From Acidobacteriota bacterium (lineage in GTDB: Bacteria; Acidobacteriota; Terriglobia; Bryobacterales; Bryobacteraceae), in the NCBI GenBank assembly GCA_016213755.1, contig JACQZT010000200.1:2710-66709 (forward strand): DNA of 64,000 bases, written 5' to 3'. The notes beneath the pieces are model-generated. The model saw only the letters and a list, made by a program, of their open reading frames with translations, was not told the DNA's origin and did not search any database. Positions 8,107 through 17,194 of the stretch are shown piece by piece. The first letter of the stretch is position 1. Every line of letters begins with the position of its first letter. Position numbers and translations under genes: made by a program.

Positions 8107-10479
8107 GTGCGAAACGGCATCCCGCTTTTCGTGTTGTGCTTCTCCGGTCTCGCCTTTTCAGCCAACCTCAAGCCCTGCGCCGGTTCGGTTCCAGTGGGGA
8201 CCTTCCAGTTGCGCATGACGCCGGCCAAGGGCGGCCAACCGCTGCCCATCCTGAAAGTGCGCGGCATCTTGCAGGGCTCCAAACTGACCTACGCGCCCGT
8301 GCAACTTCCTCCTGACGGGAACAAGAACGCGCGCGTGGCTCTGGTCATAGTGCCGGCGTCCGACCCCGGCGCGTCCGGCGTTACGGTCCTGGAACCCCTT
8401 CCCGCTGACAATCCCGGAGGATGGACCGTACCCTTCACGGCCTCCGTGGTCCTGCTGGTGTTCGGTCCGCAGGGGTTGGACGAGAAACGGCTGGCGAATC
8501 TGGTGTCCAAAGAGGACGACCTGGTGGCTGAGCTGGCCAGTTACGCTGGCCAGACCGAAGATCTCGAGGCGACCATCGAGTCCCTGGCGGCCGCCCAGGA
8601 CGAGGGCCCAGCGGACGACCGTGAGCAACAGGCCGACTCTAGTCGCGGTTCTCCAGCCAGCCAGGCGCTGTACACCCTGATGCGGGCTCTCAATCCGGTC
8701 GTGACGGCTTACAACCCGTTGGGGACCGGCCAGACCGCCGGCCCAGCCACGCTCATGGGCAAGGCCTCGGGCGCCTTCTTCGACAACGCCGGCAGCGTCG
8801 TGCCGGGAGGCGGCGCGCTGCCGGTCATGAAATCGTTTCTCATGCCGGACACCGAGTTTCGGAGCGTCTATGCCGAAGGGGCAAAGCCGGACGGCCTCAC
8901 CCTTTGCGCACAGCGGCGTCCGGGCGGCAGCCGCAACCGCATCGCTTACATCTGGGCACGGCGGGCGATCAACTCGGGTCCTCCCAAGGTCGCGCTGGCG
9001 CAGACGGCCTGGCTGCCGCTCGGCGCCCGCGCGACAGTTCCCATTCGCAGCCTGTCCGGCGAGGACTGGCCGCTAATCGGCCAGGTGCGCGAGTGGGAGC
9101 TGGTGGGCGCCGGGGCGCCGGTGCCGGTGAAGGTGCAGCCGGACACGCGCCGTACCATCGTCCTGGACCTGCGCGGCGCCGCGGCCCCGCCCGGCGTCTA
9201 TCGCCTGGAAGGGAAGTGGGATTGGCAGACCCTGCCTGTGGCGGGTGACGTCCGCCTGGCGCCCGCGGGCGAAGCAAGCCGCATCCGGCTGGCGGAAGGC
9301 GCCCAGGAGCGGCTCGTGGCAGGCTCCGGCCGGGTCGCCGTGCGGCTGGAGGGAACCGACTTTCAGTTTGTCGAGCGAATGACCCTGCAAAGGACCGGGC
9401 GCCTGGGCGCGGCGCCGTTGGAACTCGGCTACACGCTCCCGCTGGGCCCCCGCGCCGGACCCCAGCAGGCGGTGGAAGTCGAGATCGACACCGGCGGCCT
9501 GCACGCCGGCGAGTACCGCCTGGCCCTGACCCAGACGGGCGGTTCCACCCAGGAGGCGCCGTTGCGCGTCCTGGCGCCTCCGCCCAAAATTGAAGGCCTG
9601 CCCCTGCGCGTGAACCTGGGCGCCGGCGAGCAACGTCTCCTGCTGCGCGGCGCGGACCTGGCGCGCGTGGAAGCCGTGTCCTGCGATGGCGCCGCCGTGC
9701 GTCTGGGACCGGCGGCGAGCGACGAGCGCGAGATCTTCGTCTCTTTGAACGAGGGCGTTGAGAAGGGCCGGCGCCTGACATTACAGCTCGGAATCGGTGG
9801 AGTAGCCGGCGCCGTGCGCCTGGCCGGAGCGCTGCTGGTGACCGGCCCGCGGCCGCGCCTGGCCGCGGCCAAAGTCTCCCTGCCCGAGAATACCGGCGTG
9901 GCCTTGCGCGAGGGCGAACTGCTCGCCGGATCGTTCGTCGGGTTCTCTTTCGAGACTCAGAACCTGGAGTCGCCGGCCGCCCTTCGCCTGGATTGCGCCG
10001 AATCGGCGCTCACGCTGGAAGCGCAGCGCGTGCGGGCCGGCGAAAAGCGGTCCGCCGCCAGGGTCATCGTGACAGGCGACAATAAGCTGTTCGTCTCCTT
10101 CGACCCCGGCGCTGTCGGACAGCCCGGCTGCACCGTCGCCGCCGTGCTGGAAACCGAAGCCGCTGGCGCTTCCGAGCCGATGCAGTTGGGCCGGGTGGTG
10201 CGCCTCCCGCTCATTGAAAGCATCGCCCTGACCGAAGAGAAGGCGGAGGCGGGATACATCGCGTTGCTGAAAGGCCGCGACCTCGGACTCGTCCGCCAGA
10301 CCGGCTGGGATGCCGCCCGCGGCCTGGCCGTGCCCGCGCCCCCGCGCGGTCTGGCCGGCGAAGGCGATCTCCAGACTTTGCGCGTCGTGGTGCCCTGGCC
10401 CTCGCCTGCTCCTCTGGCGCCACTGTTTGTCTGGCTCCCCGGGGACACGGTGGGCCGGGCGGTGGCTCGCGCCCGCTGA
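8107..10479 (+). CDS. Large secreted hypothetical protein, probably built from repeated Ig-like beta-sandwich modules
   Basis: GTG start preceded by GGAGG. Signal peptide MRNGIPLFVLCFSGLAFSA. Repeated modules of about 90 aa of the type ...RLEGTDFQFVERMTL.., ..LLLRGADLARVEAVSC... No recognisable catalytic motif. Confidence 0.7.
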   Translation: MRNGIPLFVLCFSGLAFSANLKPCAGSVPVGTFQLRMTPAKGGQPLPILKVRGILQGSKLTYAPVQLPPDGNKNARVALVIVPASDPGASGVTVLEPLPADNPGGWTVPFTASVVLLVFGPQGLDEKRLANLVSKEDDLVAELASYAGQTEDLEATIESLAAAQDEGPADDREQQADSSRGSPASQALYTLMRALNPVVTAYNPLGTGQTAGPATLMGKASGAFFDNAGSVVPGGGALPVMKSFLMPDTEFRSVYAEGAKPDGLTLCAQRRPGGSRNRIAYIWARRAINSGPPKVALAQTAWLPLGARATVPIRSLSGEDWPLIGQVREWELVGAGAPVPVKVQPDTRRTIVLDLRGAAAPPGVYRLEGKWDWQTLPVAGDVRLAPAGEASRIRLAEGAQERLVAGSGRVAVRLEGTDFQFVERMTLQRTGRLGAAPLELGYTLPLGPRAGPQQAVEVEIDTGGLHAGEYRLALTQTGGSTQEAPLRVLAPPPKIEGLPLRVNLGAGEQRLLLRGADLARVEAVSCDGAAVRLGPAASDEREIFVSLNEGVEKGRRLTLQLGIGGVAGAVRLAGALLVTGPRPRLAAAKVSLPENTGVALREGELLAGSFVGFSFETQNLESPAALRLDCAESALTLEAQRVRAGEKRSAARVIVTGDNKLFVSFDPGAVGQPGCTVAAVLETEAAGASEPMQLGRVVRLPLIESIALTEEKAEAGYIALLKGRDLGLVRQTGWDAARGLAVPAPPRGLAGEGDLQTLRVVVPWPSPAPLAPLFVWLPGDTVGRAVARAR

Positions 10480-10524
10480 CACCTCTGAAATGTTGCCGTT
10501 TTGCTTCTTCTATAATAGAAGCGA

Positions 10525-11727
10525 TTGGGTTTCACGCCTCAGAACTCTTCCCCCCGAAGGTCACTCAGTGGCCGTTTGGCGGCCACCGTCCTGGTGGCAG
10601 CGGCCTGTCTCTCCTGCCAGCATCCCGCGCAAAGCGTTCCCCCGGCGGCCTCCTCCCAGCAGCCTCCCGATCCGGTTCCCTGGGCGCGCGAGGCCGACGA
10701 CGCCGGCCGGTTCCTGGCCGGTCTGCCCGGCCGGGACGGCAGTTCGTTCCGCGACCTGGAAGCGAACCCGGCCTGGCAGGTGCACCGCCAGGAAATGGAC
10801 CGCGCCTGGCAGAACATCGAGGCCCGGACCCTGCCGGCCATGCGCGAGTTCCAAGAAACCGAACTGAGCGGCGCTTTGATCGAACACTCCCTGGTTTTCT
10901 ATCCCTTTAGCGGGCCGGATGCGCTGATGCTGACGGTCTTTTTCCCGCGCAATTCCACTTATGTGATGGTCGGTTTAGAACCCCCGGGCACCCTGCCCAC
11001 TCCGCAACAGTTCGCCCAAAAGGACCTTGGAAACGCACTGGAGCAGATCCGCGATACCGTATCCTCGGAGCTCCAGCGCAGTTTCTTCATCACCCGGCAG
11101 ATGGATCGCCAGTTCCGGGGTCAGGTGACCGACGGGCTGTTCCCGCCCATCCTGCATCTGCTGGTGCGCGCGAACAACCGCGTGCTGGGCTACCGTTATG
11201 TGCGGTTCGAGGCGGGAGGACGGATCGGCGAGCGCAACCCGAAAACCGACCGCGGCACCAAGGCCCTCAATAAGGGCGTGGAGATCGACTTCTTCAACCC
11301 GGCGGATCGAACGAGGCACAAGCTGTACTACTTTTCGGTCAACCTGTCCGACTCGAGGATCCGGAAGAACGAGCCCTTCCTGGCCTTCCTCTCCCAGTTG
11401 AGCGGCGTGACGACCTTCTTCAAGGCCACCTCGTACATGCTGCACCAGCCCGGGTTTACCGTCATTCGCGACCAGGTTCTCGCCCACAGCGGGGCCGTCT
11501 TGCAGGACGACTCGGGCATCCAGTACCGCTTCTTTCCCGCTCCGCCCTGGCGGGTCCAGTTGTATGGGGAGTTCGACCGCCCCTTCGGCAGCTTCAAGTG
11601 GTTCGAACAGCCGGATCTGAAAAAAGCCTACGCCACGGAGAAACCCAAACCGCTCAATTTCCGCATCGGATACGGATTCTCGCAGGTTCCCTCCAACCTC
11701 CTGTTGGCTACTAAACCCGATCGATAG
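10525..11727 (+). CDS. Hypothetical exported/lipoprotein-like protein (conserved-looking FYPFSGPD block)
   Basis: ORF begins with TTG, so the exact start is uncertain. The N-terminus PRRSLSGRLAATVLVAAACLSC resembles a signal/lipoprotein peptide. It lies 46 nt downstream of 8107..10479 on the same strand. I recognise no family with confidence. Confidence 0.6.
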   Translation: MGFTPQNSSPRRSLSGRLAATVLVAAACLSCQHPAQSVPPAASSQQPPDPVPWAREADDAGRFLAGLPGRDGSSFRDLEANPAWQVHRQEMDRAWQNIEARTLPAMREFQETELSGALIEHSLVFYPFSGPDALMLTVFFPRNSTYVMVGLEPPGTLPTPQQFAQKDLGNALEQIRDTVSSELQRSFFITRQMDRQFRGQVTDGLFPPILHLLVRANNRVLGYRYVRFEAGGRIGERNPKTDRGTKALNKGVEIDFFNPADRTRHKLYYFSVNLSDSRIRKNEPFLAFLSQLSGVTTFFKATSYMLHQPGFTVIRDQVLAHSGAVLQDDSGIQYRFFPAPPWRVQLYGEFDRPFGSFKWFEQPDLKKAYATEKPKPLNFRIGYGFSQVPSNLLLATKPDR

Positions 11728-11741
11728 GGTAAGCGGAAACC

Positions 11742-12884
11742 TTACGCGGGCAGCCCGGTCCCGGCGAACGGAGCACGCCGGTCGCGCAGGGGAAAGGCCA
11801 CGCGCGCGCCGGCCAGGTGCGACTGGTAGAGGCCCATCGCCATCTCGATGGTCCAGCGGGCGTCGCGCGCGCCGCACACCGGCTCGCGGCCCTTCTCGAC
11901 GGCTGCGATCAGGTCGGCCGCCATCATCCGGTTGATCGCTTCCCGGTCCAGCGCGGCGGCTTCCGGCGGCGGGGCGATGAGTTCCCAGCGGGCCTCTTTC
12001 TCGAAAGACCAGGAGGCGGCGCGCAGGAGGGCCGCCGGCGCGCTGGGCACCGTGCTCAGCGGCACGAAGATCTGTCCCTGGCTGCCGCAGAAAGTCACTC
12101 CGAAGCGCGTGCCGGCGCGGACATCGCTCTTGCGCGAGCCGAAGTGCCCGTGCACACCGCGTGCGAAGCGGTACATTCCGATCACCTCGTCGCCGGCCAC
12201 AGGACCGATGGGCTCGGTGGCTTTTCGCTCCATGCCGCGCCGTACCGGCCGGCCCTGCTCGGTGACGCTGCCGAACACCCATTCCGGATCGCCGGCGAAC
12301 TGCCGCATCATATCGAAGCAGTGCGTTCCGAGCACCATGAGGTCCTCGCCGCCCGCGCGGGCATCCTCCTTGCCGCGCGCGCGAATCGCCATCAGTTCGC
12401 CGATAATGCCTTCTCCGATCAGGCGCTGCACCTGCAATGTGATGGGGTGCGGCCGGGCAGTGTGGCCGGCCTGGATTTTGACTCCGCGCCGCTCTGCGGC
12501 CGCCACCATCCGGTCGGCGTCTTCCACACTCTGCGCGAAAGGCTTTTCCACCAGGATGTGCGCGCCCGCTTCGATGGCGGCCAGTACCATCTCGAGGCGC
12601 CGATCGAGCCAGCGCGGACAGATGGCCACCAGGTCCGGCTTCTCGGCGGCCAGCATTTGCCGGTAGTCGGCGTATTGGCGCGCGGCGCCGCAGCGCGCGG
12701 CGGCGGCTTTGCGGCCCTTCTCGTCCGCATCGGCCAGGGCCGCCACCTCGACGCCGGGCAGGCCGTTCCAGGTCCGCTCCCAACCGTGGCCGTAGTTGCC
12801 GCGCCCGGTATGTCCGATCACCGCGGCGCGGTACTTACGCCGCGGTGCGGCCGCGACGTATAGAAACTCGCGACGGTCCAGCAT
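11742..12884 (-). CDS. Gfo/Idh/MocA-family oxidoreductase with Tat-like N-terminus
   Basis: Internal ATG of ORF 11742..14498, preceded by GAGGAGG. MLDRREFLYVAAAP.. then AAVIGHTGRGNYGHG (Rossmann) and ..ILVEKPFA.. (the EKP motif of the family). Confidence 0.85.
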   Translation of the reverse strand: MLDRREFLYVAAAPRRKYRAAVIGHTGRGNYGHGWERTWNGLPGVEVAALADADEKGRKAAAARCGAARQYADYRQMLAAEKPDLVAICPRWLDRRLEMVLAAIEAGAHILVEKPFAQSVEDADRMVAAAERRGVKIQAGHTARPHPITLQVQRLIGEGIIGELMAIRARGKEDARAGGEDLMVLGTHCFDMMRQFAGDPEWVFGSVTEQGRPVRRGMERKATEPIGPVAGDEVIGMYRFARGVHGHFGSRKSDVRAGTRFGVTFCGSQGQIFVPLSTVPSAPAALLRAASWSFEKEARWELIAPPPEAAALDREAINRMMAADLIAAVEKGREPVCGARDARWTIEMAMGLYQSHLAGARVAFPLRDRRAPFAGTGLPA

Positions 12885-12898
12885 AGATGGAATCCTCC

Positions 12899-14803
12899 TC
12901 AACGCACGGGGATCGCGTCTCCGTGCCACGGAAAAGCGTAGGTCGGCTGGTTGGCGAAGCGCCGCATGCCCATGTCGAGGACTATGCCGGCGCCCGGCGC
13001 CAGCGCGACCTCGAAGAACTTGCGGTTCACCGCCAGAGATCCCACCGTGGTGAACTGGTGCTCGCCAAACGTGCCCGCTTGCACGATGACCTTGCGGGCG
13101 TGGAAGGGACTCAAGTTCACCAGCTCGAGCGTCGCGCCCCCGGGTTCCAGCTTGCGAACCAGGGCCGCCACGTCCGGCGGAACGCCCGGGCGGCGCCGCT
13201 CGGGATCGAAGTAGCGCAGGGTGGCGTGCAGCATCCCGCCGTTGTAGAGAATCTGCGGCGCGCCCAGCATAAGCTGCACCAGCGCCTCGGTGGTCACCGG
13301 GTTCTGTCCCTGCCAGTGGTGCTCGTTGAGCTTGGTGAAGTCGGTTTTGTCCGGATCCACTTTGCGCCAGATGCCAGGGTATTCGTCGATGAGCAGCCAG
13401 TTGTCGCGCATGCGCTCCAGGCGCAACGCCACCTGCCCCAGCGCGGAGGCGAGCATGCGCTCCGGGTAGTCGGGATTGTCCCCGGCCAGGAAGCGCAGCC
13501 AGGGCGCGTCGTGCCCGGTGTCCATCTTGTTGTGCATGCCGGCAACTCTGCGCCAGTCGGTGGCCTCGGCGGCGCGCACCTTCTCGATAAGCTGCCAGTC
13601 CGATGCCTCGCGCGACATGTACCAGAGGTTGGACAGGTAGGTGTGGTCCACCCCGGTGAAAGCGAACCAACCCGAGTTGTCCTTCTGCGAGGGCGCGACG
13701 AAGCTCTTCTCGGTTTTCTTGCCCAGGCCGACGATCTTCTCGAGGTTGGTGCGCGGCATCGACAGGAAACGTGCGTCGCCGCCCGCCAGCAGCATGGCGT
13801 TGGCCGCGCCGATCTGAATTGCCTGGCCCACGCTGTGATAGCCGTGCGGCCAGCGCCAGCCGTACAATCCGCCCCACCACTTGCCGTTGAAGTACTCGCC
13901 GACCCGACCCGAGAGCCCCACGTTGTCGGGCGTGATGCCCCCGTTGAGGCGCGTGCGCTCGACCCATGCCTCGGCGTACTCCTTCACCCAGTCCGCATAC
14001 TTGCGCTCGCCAGTCAGCAGGAACGCGTTGACCGCCAGGCTGGTGGCGGCCAGGTTGGGCGGAACGTCGCCGCCGCGATAGAGCCGCTCTTCGAGCGCCA
14101 GGCCCATGCGCAGGGCGTTCGCCGGATTCCGGAGATCCGCCTCCGAACTTACGCCGGGCACGTCCTCCAGCGGAAGGCCGTACACCGCCATGCCGCGAGC
14201 CATGCGAAACGGCCGCGCCGCTTGGGCCGAACCCAGGTACGGCCCCGCGCTGCCGTTGCGCGGCGAGCGGATGATCTTTAGCTTGGGATCGTAATTGAGC
14301 GCTTCGGGGTCTTCGTTCATGTACAGGCCGGCGAAGCGCCGGGCGCGGTCCGCCAGTTCGTGGTCCGTTGGATCGGCCAGGCCGAGGTAGTAGAAATACA
14401 GATTGCCCTCGCCGTGGTGAAACCAGTCGGTCTGCTTGGCGTACTCGTTGCGCATGACGCGGAAGTCGTAGGTCAACTGCCGGGTGAGGGCGCTCCACAA
14501 CCTGAATGAAAGATCGCGCAGCTCATCGTCGCCGCCCAGCGCATAGAGCAGAGGGTAGTTGTAAAAGCTCTCGTAGGGGTCGTCGGGCGATGCCGGCCCG
14601 CTGGTCTTCCAGATGAGCGTGCCGCCGCTGCGCACGTGCTTGCGCGTGAACTCGAAAGCGGCCCGGCTCATGTCCTCGATCAGCCGCCGTTCCAGCACCG
14701 CCCAGCCGGGCGGGTTCACGCGCGCGTTGGCCTCCACCCGATTCTGCGCGTTCAGCGCGGAAACGAGGATGGCTGATAAGCAGACCACGGTCGTTCGTCG
14801 CAT
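12899..14803 (-). CDS. Secreted hypothetical protein, possibly an alpha/alpha-toroid glycan-active enzyme
   Basis: Signal peptide MRRTTVVCLSAILVSALNAQ. Helix-rich, W/Y-rich sequence. Its stop lies 14 nt upstream of the Gfo/Idh/MocA gene start. The function call is only a guess. Confidence 0.7.
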   Translation of the reverse strand: MRRTTVVCLSAILVSALNAQNRVEANARVNPPGWAVLERRLIEDMSRAAFEFTRKHVRSGGTLIWKTSGPASPDDPYESFYNYPLLYALGGDDELRDLSFRLWSALTRQLTYDFRVMRNEYAKQTDWFHHGEGNLYFYYLGLADPTDHELADRARRFAGLYMNEDPEALNYDPKLKIIRSPRNGSAGPYLGSAQAARPFRMARGMAVYGLPLEDVPGVSSEADLRNPANALRMGLALEERLYRGGDVPPNLAATSLAVNAFLLTGERKYADWVKEYAEAWVERTRLNGGITPDNVGLSGRVGEYFNGKWWGGLYGWRWPHGYHSVGQAIQIGAANAMLLAGGDARFLSMPRTNLEKIVGLGKKTEKSFVAPSQKDNSGWFAFTGVDHTYLSNLWYMSREASDWQLIEKVRAAEATDWRRVAGMHNKMDTGHDAPWLRFLAGDNPDYPERMLASALGQVALRLERMRDNWLLIDEYPGIWRKVDPDKTDFTKLNEHHWQGQNPVTTEALVQLMLGAPQILYNGGMLHATLRYFDPERRRPGVPPDVAALVRKLEPGGATLELVNLSPFHARKVIVQAGTFGEHQFTTVGSLAVNRKFFEVALAPGAGIVLDMGMRRFANQPTYAFPWHGDAIPVR

Positions 14804-14838
14804 GGGAAGATGGGGTAAATTGTTACCGTCCCTATTTT

Positions 14839-17184
14839 ATGAGCATTCTTCTTGTGTTGCTGGCGCTGTTCGCGGGCAGCGGGTGCGCCGCGCTGATCTA
14901 CGAGATTGTCTGGCTGCAATTGCTCCAGTTTCTGACCGGATCGTCGGCGGTCGCCCTGGGCGCGCTGCTGGGGACTTTCATGGGCGGCATGTGCCTGGGC
15001 AGCCTCGCACTGCCGCGCCTGGTTTCGGCGCGGCGTCATCCCTTGCGCGTGTACGCCGCCATCGAGCTGGGGATCGGAGTCCTGGGCGTCGCGGTGCTGT
15101 TCTTCATGCCCTGGATCGGCCGTATTTACGCCGCCGGCGCGGGCCACGGCCTGCCGGAAGTGCTGCTGCGGGGAGCGGCCTGCGCGCTGTGCCTGCTGCC
15201 GCCCACCGTGTTGATGGGCGCTTCGCTGCCGGCCATGGCCCGCTGGGTCGAAACCACGCCGCGCGGAGTGGCGTGGCTGGGGTTCTTCTACGGGGGCAAC
15301 ATCGCCGGGGCGGTATTCGGCTGCCTGCTGGCGGGCTTCTATCTGCTGCGGGTCCACGACATGGCCACGGCGACCTGCACCGCCGCGGCCGTCAATGCGG
15401 GCGTGGCCGCCGTCGCTTTCGCGCTGGCCGCCGTGACGCCGCACCGGGCCGCGGTAGGCAGCGCCTCCTCCGCTTCCGCCGCTCCGGGCGCCTGGGCGGT
15501 GTACGTTGCCATCGCCATCTCCGGACTCTGCGCGCTAGGCGCCGAGGTGGTCTGGACGCGGCTCTTATCGCTCATGCTGGGCGCGACGGTGTACACGTTT
15601 TCCGTCATCCTGGCGGTGTTTCTGCTGGGGCTGGGAATCGGCAGCAGCGCGGGATCGTTCCTTTCCCGCGGCCGTCTGAATCCTCGCGTCGCGCTGGCGG
15701 TGTGCCAGATCTCGCTGGCCGCGGCCGTCGCCTGGGCGGCTTACATGCTCGCCCGGCAGCTTCCGTACTGGCAGCTTGGCACGAACCTGTCGGCCAATCC
15801 GTGGCTCCGGTTCGGCTTCGACTTCCTTCGCTGCCTCGCCGCCCTGCTGCCCGCGGCCTGCCTGTGGGGCGCCAGTTTTCCGCTGGCGCTGGCGGCCATC
15901 GCGCGCCGCGGGCAAGATCCCGGACGGCTGGTCGGGCGGGTGTACGCCGCCAACACGCTGGGCGCGATTGCGGGCGCACTCGGCTTCAGCCTGCTGCTGA
16001 TTCCGGGCGCGGGCACGCAGCATTCCCAGGGGTTCCTGATCGCGCTGTCCGCCCTGGCGGCCCTGTCGGTCCTGCCGCGGATGGCTTTGTTCGCGGCTGC
16101 CGCACCGGCCGTTCTGCTGGCCTGGTTCCTGCCCGCCGTCCCCTGGGGCGTGGTGGCCTACGGCCGCCAGTTGAACACCATGAGCACCCGCTCCGAGCTG
16201 CTCTATCTGGGCGAGGGCCTGAACGCGTCGGTGGTGGTGGCCGAGGTCGACAGCACGCGCACCTTCCACGTGAGCGGCAAGGTGGAGGCCTCCAGCGGGC
16301 CGCAGGACATGCGGCTCCAGCGCCTGCTGGGGCACTTGCCCGCGCTGCTGCACCCCCAGCCCCGCTCGGTGCTGGTGGTGGGCTGCGGCGCGGGAGTCAC
16401 GGCCGGCTCGTTTGTCCCGTACCCGGATGTCGAGCGAATCGTGCTGTGCGAGATCGAACCGCTGATCCCCGCCGCGGCGGCGCGCTACTTCGGCCCCCAG
16501 AACAACCACGTGCTGCGCGACCGGCGCACGCGGACCGTTTTCGACGATGCCCGGCACTACATCTTCACGACCCAGGACCGGTTCGACATTATCACCTCCG
16601 ACCCCATCCATCCCTGGGTGAAAGGCTCCGCCACGCTGTACACCAAGGAGTATTTCGAACTCTGCAAACGGCGTTTAAACCCGGGCGGAATCGTCACGCA
16701 GTGGGTGCCGCTGTACGAGAGCACGCCGGAAACGGTCAACAGCGAAATCGCCACCTTCTTCGAGGTCTTCCCGGGCGGAACCATCTGGGCCAACGATACG
16801 ATTCTGGGCGAGGGCTATGACGTGGTCCTGCTGGGCTGGGCGGAGGATGCCCGCATCGACGTGGATGCGGTCGAGAGAAGGTTCGAGCGCCCGGATCACG
16901 GGCCCGCCGCGCGCTCGCTGCGCGAAGTGGGATTCGGATCCGGGGTGAGCGTGCTCGCCACCTACGCCGGCCGGCGGGCCGAGTTGCGGCGCTGGCTGCA
17001 AGGGGCCCAGATCAATCGCGACCGCAACCTGCGGCTGCAATACCTGGCGGGAATGGGGTTGAACCAGCGCAAGGCCTGGGGGATCTACGAGGACCTGCTG
17101 CACTACTGCACGTTCCCGGAGGATCTCTTCGCGGGCTCCCCGGCACGGAAACTGGCGTTGCGCCTCGCGCTGCGCGACCGCTGA
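14839..17184 (+). CDS. Fused polytopic membrane domain + spermidine-synthase-like (aminopropyltransferase fold) protein
   Basis: N-terminus LFAGSGCAALIYEIVWLQLL followed by many TM segments. Then VLVVGCGAGVTAGS ... IVLCEIEP ... DARHYI..DRFDIITSDPIHPW ... GGIVTQWVPLYES, typical of the spermidine-synthase fold. Confidence 0.85.
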   Translation: MSILLVLLALFAGSGCAALIYEIVWLQLLQFLTGSSAVALGALLGTFMGGMCLGSLALPRLVSARRHPLRVYAAIELGIGVLGVAVLFFMPWIGRIYAAGAGHGLPEVLLRGAACALCLLPPTVLMGASLPAMARWVETTPRGVAWLGFFYGGNIAGAVFGCLLAGFYLLRVHDMATATCTAAAVNAGVAAVAFALAAVTPHRAAVGSASSASAAPGAWAVYVAIAISGLCALGAEVVWTRLLSLMLGATVYTFSVILAVFLLGLGIGSSAGSFLSRGRLNPRVALAVCQISLAAAVAWAAYMLARQLPYWQLGTNLSANPWLRFGFDFLRCLAALLPAACLWGASFPLALAAIARRGQDPGRLVGRVYAANTLGAIAGALGFSLLLIPGAGTQHSQGFLIALSALAALSVLPRMALFAAAAPAVLLAWFLPAVPWGVVAYGRQLNTMSTRSELLYLGEGLNASVVVAEVDSTRTFHVSGKVEASSGPQDMRLQRLLGHLPALLHPQPRSVLVVGCGAGVTAGSFVPYPDVERIVLCEIEPLIPAAAARYFGPQNNHVLRDRRTRTVFDDARHYIFTTQDRFDIITSDPIHPWVKGSATLYTKEYFELCKRRLNPGGIVTQWVPLYESTPETVNSEIATFFEVFPGGTIWANDTILGEGYDVVLLGWAEDARIDVDAVERRFERPDHGPAARSLREVGFGSGVSVLATYAGRRAELRRWLQGAQINRDRNLRLQYLAGMGLNQRKAWGIYEDLLHYCTFPEDLFAGSPARKLALRLALRDR

Positions 17185-17194
17185 GGAACCGGGC

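Noticed and set aside
10511-10516. Perfect TATAAT hexamer 9 nt upstream of the TTG start of 10525..11727
   Set aside because: No -35 element sits at a proper 16-18-nt spacing (TTGCCG is only 12 nt away). The implied near-leaderless transcript would start at a TTG codon. I kept it only as a remark, not as a feature.
10975-12783. 602-aa minus-strand ORF, plus the 348-aa and 272-aa plus-strand ORFs in the same region
   Set aside because: They are alternative frames of the 10525..11727 and Gfo/Idh/MocA genes. They are Arg/Pro/Gly-rich and show no motifs.
14613-16820. 735-aa plus-strand ORF
   Set aside because: It is an out-of-frame overlap of the spermidine-synthase-like gene (14839..17184), whose frame carries TM segments and the SAM-fold motifs.
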